This document shows, in pieces, positions 1-10,129 of a DNA stretch of 64,000 nt. The position numbers and the translations under genes were made by a program. Below the pieces are notes generated by a model. It saw nothing but the letters and a program-made list of their open reading frames with translations. It was not told where the DNA came from and did not search any database. This stretch comes from Eledone cirrhosa (taxonomy: Eukaryota): the NCBI GenBank assembly GCA_964016885.1, contig OZ024744.1:248001-312000 (forward strand). The letters are read 5' to 3'. The stretch's first letter is position 1; each line of letters starts with the position of its first letter.

Positions 1-726
1 TTCGTTCTTCACCAAGCTATCTTTCTCTACCTTGTCTTCCCTCAAAACTTCGTTCTTCACCAAGCTATCTTTCTCTACCTTGTCTTCCCTCAAAACTTCG
101 TTCTTCACCAAGCTAACTTTCTCTACCTTGTCTTCGCTCAAAACTTCGTTCTTCATCAAGCTATCTTTCTCTACCTTGTCTTCCCTCAAAACTTCGTTCT
201 TCACCAAGCTATATTTCTCTACCTTTTTTTCCCCCAAAACTTCGTTCTTCACCAAACTATCTTTCTCTACCTTGTCTTCCCTCAAAACTTCGTTCTTCAC
301 CAAGCTATCTTTCTCTACCTTGTCTTCCCTCAAAACTCCGTTCTTCATCAAGCTATCGTTCTCTACTTTGTCTTCCCTCAAAACGTCGTTCTTCACCAAG
401 CTATCTTTCTCTACCTTGTCTTCCCTCAAAACGTCGTTCGTTCTTCTCCAAGCTATCTTTCTTTACCTTGTCTTCCCCCAAAACTTCGTTCTTCACAAGC
501 TATCCTTCTCTACCTTGTCTTCCCTCAAAACTTCGTTCTTGATCAAGCTATCTTTCTCTACCTTGTCTTCCCTCAAAACTTCGTTCTTCATCAAGCTATC
601 TTTCTCTACCTTGTCTTCCCTCAAAACTTCGTTCTTCACCAAGATATCTTTCTCTACCTTGTCTTCCCTCAAAACTTCGTTCTTCACCAAGCTATCTTAC
701 TCTACCTTGTCTTCCCTCAAAACTAC

Positions 727-3700
727 GTTCTTCACCAAGCTAACTTTCTCTACCTTGTCTTCCCTCAAAACTTCGTTCTTCATCAAGCTATCTTTCTCTA
801 CCTTGTCTTCCCTCAAAACTTCGTTCTTCACCAAGCTATCTTTCTCTACCTTGTCTTCCCTCAAAACTTCGTTCTTCACCAAGCTATCTTTCTCTACCTT
901 TTTTCCCCCCAAAACTTCGTTCTTCACCAAACTATCTTTCTCTACCTTGTCTTCCCTCAAAACTTCGTTCTTCACCAAGCTATCTTTCTCTACCTTGTCT
1001 TCCCTCAAAACTCCGTTCTTCATCAAGCTATCGTTCTCTACTTTGTCTTCCCTCAAAAGTCGTTCTTCACCTAGCTATCTTTCTCTACCTTGTCTTCCCT
1101 CAAAACGTCGTTCGTTCTTCACCAAGCTATCTTTCTCTACCTTGTCTTCCCCCAAAACTTCGTTCTTCACAAGCTATCCTTCTCTACCTTGTCTTCCCTC
1201 AAAACTTCGTTCTTGATCAAGCTATCTTTCTCTACCGTGTCTTCCCTCAAAACTTTGTTCTTCACCAAGCTATCTTTCTCTACCTTGTCTTCCCTCAAAA
1301 CTTCGTTCTTCACCAAGCTATCTTTCTCTTCCTTGTCTTCCCTCAAAACTTCGTTCTTCACCAAGCTATCTTTCTCTACCTTGTCTTCCCCCAAAACATC
1401 GTTCTTCACCAAGCTATCTTTCTTCACCTTGTCTTCCCTCAAAACTTCGTTATTCACCAAGCTATCTTTCTCTACCTTGTCTCCCCTCAAAACTCCGTTC
1501 TTCATCAAGCTATGGTTCTCTACTTTGTCTTCCCTCAAAACGTCGTTCTTCACCAAGCTATCTTTCTCTACCTTGTCTTCCCTCAACACTTCGTTCGTTC
1601 TTCACCAAGCTATCTTTCTCTACCTTGTCTTCCGCCAAAACTACGTTCTTCACAAGCTATCTTTCTCTACCTTGTCTTCCCTCAAAACTTCGTTCTTCAC
1701 CAAGCTATCTTTCTCTACCTTGTCTTCCCTCAAAATTTCGTTCTTCACCAAGCTATCTTTCTCTACCTTGTCTTCCCTCAAAACTTCGTTCTTCACCAAG
1801 CTATCTTTCTCTACCTTGTCTTCCCTCAAAACTTCGTTCTTCACCAAGCTAACTTTCTCTACCTTGTCTTCCCTCAAAACTTCGTTCTTCATCAAGCTAT
1901 CTTTCTCTACCTTGTCTTCCCTCAAAACTTCGTTCTTCACCAAGCTATCTTTCTCTACCTTGTCTTCCCTCAAAACTTCGTTCTTCACCAAGCTATCTTT
2001 CTCTACCTTGTCTTCCCTCAAAACTTCGTTCTTCACCAAGCTATCTTTCTCTACCTTTTTTCCCCCCAAAACTTCGTTCTTCACCAAACTATCTTTCTCT
2101 ACCTTGTCTTCCCTCAAAACTTCGTTCTTCACCAAGCTATCTTTCTCTACCTTGTCTTCCCTCAAAACTCCGTTCTTCATCAAGCTATCGTTCTCTACTT
2201 TGTCTTCCCTCAAAACGTCGTTCTTCACCTAGCTATCTTTCTCTACCTTGTCTTCCCTCAAAACGTCGTTCGTTCTTCACCAAGCTATCTTTCTCTACCT
2301 TGTCTTCCCCCAAAACTTCGTTCTTCACAAGCTATCCTTCTCTACCTTGTCTTCCCTCAAAACTTCGTTCTTGATCAAGCTATCTTTCTCTACCGTGTCT
2401 TCCCTCAAAACTTTGTTCTTCACCAAGCTATCTTTCTCTACCTTGTCTTCCCTCAAAACTTCGTTCTTCACCAAGCTATCTTTCTCTACCTTGTCTTCCC
2501 TCAAAACTTCGTTCTTCACCAAGCTATCTTTCTCTAGCTTGTCTTCCCCCAAAACATCGTTCTTCACCAAGCTATCTTTCTTCACCTTGTCTTCCCTCAA
2601 AACTTCGTTATTCACCAAGCTATCTTTCTCTACCTTGTCTTCCCTCAAAACGTCGTTCTTCACCAAGCTATCTTTCTCTACCTTGTCTTCCCTCAACACT
2701 TCGTTCGTTCTTCACCAAGCTATCTTTCTCTACCTTGTCTTCCCCCAAAACTACGTTCTTCACAAGCTATCTTTCTCTACCTTGTCTTCCCTCAAAACTT
2801 CGTTCTTCACCAAGCTATCTTTCTCTACCTTGTCTTCCCTCAAAATTTCGTTCTTCACCAAGCTATCTTTCTCTACCTTGTCTTCCCTCATAACTTCGTT
2901 CTTCACCAAGCTATCTTTCTCTACCTTGTCTTCCCTCAAAACTTCGTTCTTCACCAAGCTAACTTTCTCTACCTTGTCTTCCCTCAAAACTTCGTTCTTC
3001 ATCAAGCTATCTTTCTCTACCTTGTCTTCCCTCAAAACTTCGTTCTTCACCAAGCTATCTTTCTCTACCTTGTCTTCCCTCAAAACTTCGTTCTTCACCA
3101 AGCTATCTTTCTCTACCTTGTCTTCCCTCAAAACTTCGTTCTTCACCAAGCTATCTTTCTCTACCTTGTCTTCCCTCAAAACTTCGTTCTTCACCAAGCT
3201 AACTTTCTCTACCTTGTCTTCCCTCAAAACTTCGTTCTTCATCAAGCTATCTTTCTCTACCTTGTCTTCCCTCAAAACTTCGTTCTTCACCAAGCTATAT
3301 TTCTCTACCTTTTTTTCCCCCAAAACTTCGTTCTTCACAAAACTATCTTTCTCTACCTTGTCTTCCCTCAAAACCTCGTTCTTCACCAAGCTATCTTTCT
3401 CTACCTTGTCTTACCTCAAAACTCCGTTCTTCATCAAGCTATCTTTCTTTACCTTGTCTTCCCTCAAAACTCCGTTCTTCATCAAGCTATCTTTCTCTAC
3501 CTTGTCTTCCCTCAAAACTTCGTTCTTCACCAAGCTATATTTCTCTACCTTTTTTTCCCCCAAAACTTCGTTCTTCACAAAACTATCTTTCTCTACCTTG
3601 TCTTCCCTCAAAACTTCGTTCTTCACCAAGCTATCTTTCTCTACCTTGTCTTCCCTCAAAACTCCGTTCTTCATCAAGCTATCGTTCTCTACTTTGTCTT

Positions 3701-6700
3701 CCCTCAAAACGTCGTTCTTCACCTAGCTATCTTTCTCTACCTTGTCTTCCCTCAAAACGTCGTTCGTTCTTCACCAAGCTATCTTTCTTTACCTTGTCTT
3801 CCCCCAAACCTTCGTTCTTCACAGGTTATCCTTCTCTACCTTGTCTTCCCTCAAAATTTCGTTCTTGATCAAGCTATCTTTCTCTCCCTTGTCTTCCCTC
3901 AAAACTTCGTTCTTCACCAAGCTAACTTTCTCTACCTTGTCTTCCCTCAAAACTTCGTTCTTCATCAAGCTATCTTTCTCTACCTTGTCTTCCCTCAAAA
4001 CTTCGTTCTTCACCAAGCTATCTTTCTCTACCTTGTCTTCCCTCAAAACTTCGTTCTTCACCAAGCTATCTTTCTCTACCTTTTTTCCCCCCAAAACTTC
4101 GTTCTTCACCAAACTATCTTTCTCTACCTTGTCTTCCCTCAAAACTTCGTTCTTCACCAAGCTATCTTTCTCTACCTTGTCTTCCCTCAAAACTCCGTTC
4201 TTCATCAAGCTATCGTTCTCTACTTTGTCTTCCCTCAAAACGTCGTTCTTCACCTAGCTATCTTTCTCTACCTTGTCTTCCCTCAAAACGTCGTTCGTTC
4301 TTCACCAAGCTATCTTTCTCTACCTTGTCTTCCCCCAAAACTTCGTTCTTCACAAGCTATCCTTCTCTACCTTGTCTTCCCTCAAAACTTCGTTCTTGAT
4401 CAAGCTATCTTTCTCTACCGTGTCTTCCCTCAAAACTTTGTTCTTCACCAAGCTATCTTTCTCTACCTTGTCTTCCCTCAAAACTTCGTTCTTCACCAAG
4501 CTATCTTTCTCTTCCTTGTCTTCCCTCAAAACTTCGTTCTTCACCAAGCTATCTTTCTCTACCTTGTCTTCCCCCAAAACATCGTTCTTCACCAAGCTAT
4601 CTTTCTTCACCTTGTCTTCCCTCAAAACTTCGTTATTCACCAAGCTATCTTTCTCTACCTTGTCTCCCCTCAAAACTCCGTTCTTCATCAAGCTATGGTT
4701 CTCTACTTTGTCTTCCCTCAAAACGTCGTTCTTCACCAAGCTATCTTTCTCTACCTTGTCTTCCCTCAACACTTCGTTCGTTCTTCACCAAGCTATCTTT
4801 CTCTACCTTGTCTTCCGCCAAAACTACGTTCTTCACAAGCTATCTTTCTCTACCTTGTCTTCCCTCAAAACTTCGTTCTTCACCAAGCTATCTTTCTCTA
4901 CCTTGTCTTCCCTCAAAATTTCGTTCTTCACCAAGCTATCTTTCTCTACCTTGTCTTCCCTCAAAACTTCGTTCTTCACCAAGCTATCTTTCTCTACCTT
5001 GTCTTCCCTCAAAACTTCGTTCTTCACCAAGCTAACTTTCTCTACCTTGTCTTCCCTCAAAACTTCGTTCTTCATCAAGCTATCTTTCTCTACCTTGTCT
5101 TCCCTCAAAACTTCGTTCTTCACCAAGCTATCTTTCTCTACCTTGTCTTCCCTCAAAACTTCGTTCTTCACCAAGCTATCTTTCTCTACCTTGTCTTCCC
5201 TCAAAACTTCGTTCTTCACCAAGCTATCTTTCTCTACCTTTTTTCCCCCCAAAACTTCGTTCTTCACCAAACTATCTTTCTCTACCTTGTCTTCCCTCAA
5301 AACTTCGTTCTTCACCAAGCTATCTTTCTCTACCTTGTCTTCCCTCAAAACTCCGTTCTTCATCAAGCTATCGTTCTCTACTTTGTCTTCCCTCAAAACG
5401 TCGTTCTTCACCTAGCTATCTTTCTCTACCTTGTCTTCCCTCAAAACGTCGTTCGTTCTTCACCAAGCTATCTTTCTCTACCTTGTCTTCCCCCAAAACT
5501 TCGTTCTTCACAAGCTATCCTTCTCTACCTTGTCTTCCCTCAAAACTTCGTTCTTGATCAAGCTATCTTTCTCTACCGTGTCTTCCCTCAAAACTTTGTT
5601 CTTCACCAAGCTATCTTTCTCTACCTTGTCTTCCCTCAAAACTTCGTTCTTCACCAAGCTATCTTTCTCTACCTTGTCTTCCCTCAAAACTTCGTTCTTC
5701 ACCAAGCTATCTTTCTCTAGCTTGTCTTCCCCCAAAACATCGTTCTTCACCAAGCTATCTTTCTTCACCTTGTCTTCCCTCAAAACTTCGTTATTCACCA
5801 AGCTATCTTTCTCTACCTTGTCTTCCCTCAAAACGTCGTTCTTCACCAAGCTATCTTTCTCTACCTTGTCTTCCCTCAACACTTCGTTCGTTCTTCACCA
5901 AGCTATCTTTCTCTACCTTGTCTTCCCCCAAAACTACGTTCTTCACAAGCTATCTTTCTCTACCTTGTCTTCCCTCAAAACTTCGTTCTTCACCAAGCTA
6001 TCTTTCTCTACCTTGTCTTCCCTCAAAATTTCGTTCTTCACCAAGCTATCTTTCTCTACCTTGTCTTCCCTCATAACTTCGTTCTTCACCAAGCTATCTT
6101 TCTCTACCTTGTCTTCCCTCAAAACTTCGTTCTTCACCAAGCTAACTTTCTCTACCTTGTCTTCCCTCAAAACTTCGTTCTTCATCAAGCTATCTTTCTC
6201 TACCTTGTCTTCCCTCAAAACTTCGTTCTTCACCAAGCTATCTTTCTCTACCTTGTCTTCCCTCAAAACTTCGTTCTTCACCAAGCTATCTTTCTCTACC
6301 TTGTCTTCCCTCAAAACTTCGTTCTTCACCAAGCTATCTTTCTCTACCTTGTCTTCCCTCAAAACTTCGTTCTTCACCAAGCTAACTTTCTCTACCTTGT
6401 CTTCCCTCAAAACTTCGTTCTTCATCAAGCTATCTTTCTCTACCTTGTCTTCCCTCAAAACTTCGTTCTTCACCAAGCTATATTTCTCTACCTTTTTTTC
6501 CCCCAAAACTTCGTTCTTCACAAAACTATCTTTCTCTACCTTGTCTTCCCTCAAAACCTCGTTCTTCACCAAGCTATCTTTCTCTACCTTGTCTTACCTC
6601 AAAACTCCGTTCTTCATCAAGCTATCTTTCTTTACCTTGTCTTCCCTCAAAACTCCGTTCTTCATCAAGCTATCTTTCTCTACCTTGTCTTCCCTCAAAA

Positions 6701-7602
6701 CTTCGTTCTTCACCAAGCTATATTTCTCTACCTTTTTTTCCCCCAAAACTTCGTTCTTCACAAAACTATCTTTCTCTACCTTGTCTTCCCTCAAAACTTC
6801 GTTCTTCACCAAGCTATCTTTCTCTACCTTGTCTTCCCTCAAAACTCCGTTCTTCATCAAGCTATCGTTCTCTACTTTGTCTTCCCTCAAAACGTCGTTC
6901 TTCACCTAGCTATCTTTCTCTACCTTGTCTTCCCTCAAAACGTCGTTCGTTCTTCACCAAGCTATCTTTCTTTACCTTGTCTTCCCCCAAACCTTCGTTC
7001 TTCACAGGTTATCCTTCTCTACCTTGTCTTCCCTCAAAATTTCGTTCTTGATCAAGCTATCTTTCTCTCCCTTGTCTTCCCTCAAAACTTCGTTCTTCAC
7101 CAAGCTAACTTTCTCTACCTTGTCTTCCCTCAAAACTTCGTTCTTCATCAAGCTATCTTTCTCTACCTTGTCTTCCCTCAAAACTTCGTTCTTCACCAAG
7201 CTATCTTTCTCTACCTTGTCTTCCCTCAAAACTTCGTTCTTCACCAAGCTATCTTTCTCTACCTTTTTTCCCCCCAAAACTTCGTTCTTCACCAAACTAT
7301 CTTTCTCTACCTTGTCTTCCCTCAAAACTTCGTTCTTCACCAAGCTATCTTTCTCTACCTTGTCTTCCCTCAAAACTCCGTTCTTCATCAAGCTATCGTT
7401 CTCTACTTTGTCTTCCCTCAAAACGTCGTTCTTCACCTAGCTATCTTTCTCTACCTTGTCTTCCCTCAAAACGTCGTTCGTTCTTCACCAAGCTATCTTT
7501 CTCTACCTTGTCTTCCCCCAAAACTTCGTTCTTCACAAGCTATCCTTCTCTACCTTGTCTTCCCTCAAAACTTCGTTCTTGATCAAGCTATCTTTCTCTA
7601 CC
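727..7602. repeat. Higher-order tandem duplication, period 3183 bp (66 monomers), ~2.2 copies
   Basis: Identical ORF translations recur at +3183 (1090/4273, 2248/5431, 3742/6925). Shared private variants include TATGGTT (1511/4694), TCCGCC (1631/4814), CTTACCTC (~3410/6593) and CACAGGTT (~3820/7003). 66x48 + 5x(+4-1) = 3183. Confidence 0.95.
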
Positions 7603-7649
7603 TTGTCTTCCCTCAAAACTTTGTTCTTCACCAAGCTATCTTTCTCTAC

Positions 7650-10129
7650 CTTGTCTTCCCTCAAAACTTCGTTTTTCACCAAGCTATCTTTCTCTACCTT
7701 GTCTTCCCTCAAAACTTCGTTCTTCACCAAGCTATCTTTCTCTACCTTGTCTTCCCCCAAAACATCGTTCTTCACCAAGCTATCTTTCTTTACCTTGTCT
7801 CCCCTCAAAACTTCGTTATTCACCAAGCTATCTTTCTCTACCTTGTCTTCCCTCAAAACTTCGTTCTTCACCAAGCTATCTTTCTCTACCTTGTCTTCCC
7901 TCAAAACTTCGTTCTTCACCAAGCTATATTTCTCTACCTTGTCTTCCCCCAGAACATCGTTCTTCACCAATCTATCTTTCTCTACCTTGTCTTCCCTCAA
8001 AACTTCGTTATTCACCAAGCTATCTTTCTCTACCTTGCCTTCCTGCAAAACTTCGTTCTTCATCAAGCTATCTTTCTCTACTTTGTCTTCCCTCAAAACA
8101 TCGTTCGTTCTTTATCAAGCTATCTTTCTCTACCTTGTCTTCCCTCAAGACTTCGTTCGTCACCAAGCTATCTTTCTCTACATTGTCTTCCCCCAAAACT
8201 TCGTTCTTCATCAAGCTATCTTTCTCTACCTTGTCTTCCCTCAAAACGTCGTTCTTCACCAAGCTATCTTTCTCTACCTTGTCTTCCCACAAAACTTCGT
8301 TCTTCATCAAGCTATCTTTCTCTACCGTGTCTTCCCTCAAAACTTTGTTCTTCACCAAGCTATCTTTCTCTACCTTGTCTTCCCTCAAAACTTCGTTCTT
8401 CACCAAGCTATCTTTCTCTACCTTGTCTTCCCTCAAAACTTCGTTCTTCACCAAGCTATCTTTCTCTAGCTTGTCTTCCCCCAAAACATCGTTCTTCACC
8501 AAGCTATCTTTCTTCACCTTGTCTTCCCTCAAAACTTCGTTATTCACCAAGCTATCTTTCTCTACCTTGTCTCCCCTCAAAACTCCGTTCTTCATCAAGC
8601 TATCGTTCTCTACTTTGTCTTCCCTCAAAACGTCGTTCTTCACCAAGCTATCTTTCTCTACCTTGTCTTCCCTCAACACTTCGTTCGTTCTTCACCAAGC
8701 TATCTTTCTCTACCTTGTCTTCCCCCAAAACTACGTTCTTCACAAGCTATCCTTCTCTACCTTGTCTTCCCTCAAAACTTCGTTCTTGATCAAGCTATCT
8801 TTCTCTACCTTGTCTTCCCTCAAAACTTTGTTCTTCACCAAGCTATCTTTCTCTACCTTGTCTTCCCTCAAAACTTCGTTCTTCACCAAGCTATCTTTCT
8901 CTACCTTGTCTTCCCTCAAAACTTCGTTCTTCACCAAGCTATCTTTCTCTACCTTGTCTTCCCTCAAAACTTCGTTCTTCACCAAGCTATCTTTCTCTAG
9001 CTTGTCTTCCCCCAAAACATCGTTCTTCACCAAGCTATCTTTCTTCACCTTGTCTTCCCTCAAAACTTCGTTTTTCACCAAGCTATCTTTCTCTACCTTG
9101 TCTTCCCTCAAAACTTCGTTCTTCACCAAGCTATCTTTCTCTACCTTGTCTTCCCCCAAAACATCGTTCTTCACCAAGCTATCTTTCTTTACCTTGTCTC
9201 CCCTCAAAACTTCGTTATTCACCAAGCTATCTTTCTCTACCTTGTCTTCCCTCAAAACTTCGTTCTTCACCAAGCTATCTTTCTCTACCTTGTCTTCCCT
9301 CAAAACTTCGTTCTTCACCAAGCTATATTTCTCTACCTTGTCTTCCCCCAGAACATCGTTCTTCACCAATCTATCTTTCTCTACCTTGTCTTCCCTCAAA
9401 ACTTCGTTATTCACCAAGCTATCTTTCTCTACCTTGCCTTCCTGCAAAACTTCGTTCTTCATCAAGCTATCTTTCTCTACTTTGTCTTCCCTCAAAACAT
9501 CGTTCGTTCTTTATCAAGCTATCTTTCTCTACCTTGTCTTCCCTCAAGACTTCGTTCGTCACCAAGCTATCTTTCTCTACATTGTCTTCCCCCAAAACTT
9601 CGTTCTTCATCAAGCTATCTTTCTCTACCTTGTCTTCCCTCAAAACGTCGTTCTTCACCAAGCTATCTTTCTCTACCTTGTCTTCCCACAAAACTTCGTT
9701 CTTCATCAAGCTATCTTTCTCTACCGTGTCTTCCCTCAAAACTTTGTTCTTCACCAAGCTATCTTTCTCTACCTTGTCTTCCCTCAAAACTTCGTTCTTC
9801 ACCAAGCTATCTTTCTCTACCTTGTCTTCCCTCAAAACTTCGTTCTTCACCAAGCTATCTTTCTCTAGCTTGTCTTCCCCCAAAACATCGTTCTTCACCA
9901 AGCTATCTTTCTTCACCTTGTCTTCCCTCAAAACTTCGTTATTCACCAAGCTATCTTTCTCTACCTTGTCTCCCCTCAAAACTCCGTTCTTCATCAAGCT
10001 ATCGTTCTCTACTTTGTCTTCCCTCAAAACGTCGTTCTTCACCAAGCTATCTTTCTCTACCTTGTCTTCCCTCAACACTTCGTTCGTTCTTCACCAAGCT
10101 ATCTTTCTCTACCTTGTCTTCCCCCAAAA
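7650..10129. repeat. Higher-order tandem duplication, period 1399 bp (29 monomers), ~1.8 copies
   Basis: ORFs 8068/9467 and 8135/9534 are offset by 1399. Shared variants: GTTTTTCACC (7671/9070), CCAATCTA, CCTGCAAAA and CTTTATCAAG. 29x48 + 7 = 1399. Confidence 0.92.

Noticed and set aside
39-47. Telomere-like motif (CCCTCAAAA; variant CCCCCAAAA containing C4A4)
   Set aside because: There is one short imperfect unit per monomer, never in tandem. This is expected by chance and is insufficient to call telomeric origin.
48-64. CENP-B box (CTTCGTT matches the start of CTTCGTTGGAAACGGGA)
   Set aside because: Only the first 7 bp match and the essential downstream CGGG is missing.
899-914. G-quadruplex or terminator at TTTTTTCCCCCCAAAA variants
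   Set aside because: G-runs on the - strand are ~48 bp apart and there is no GC-rich stem before the T-run. These are simple substitution variants of TTGTCTTCCCTCAAAA.
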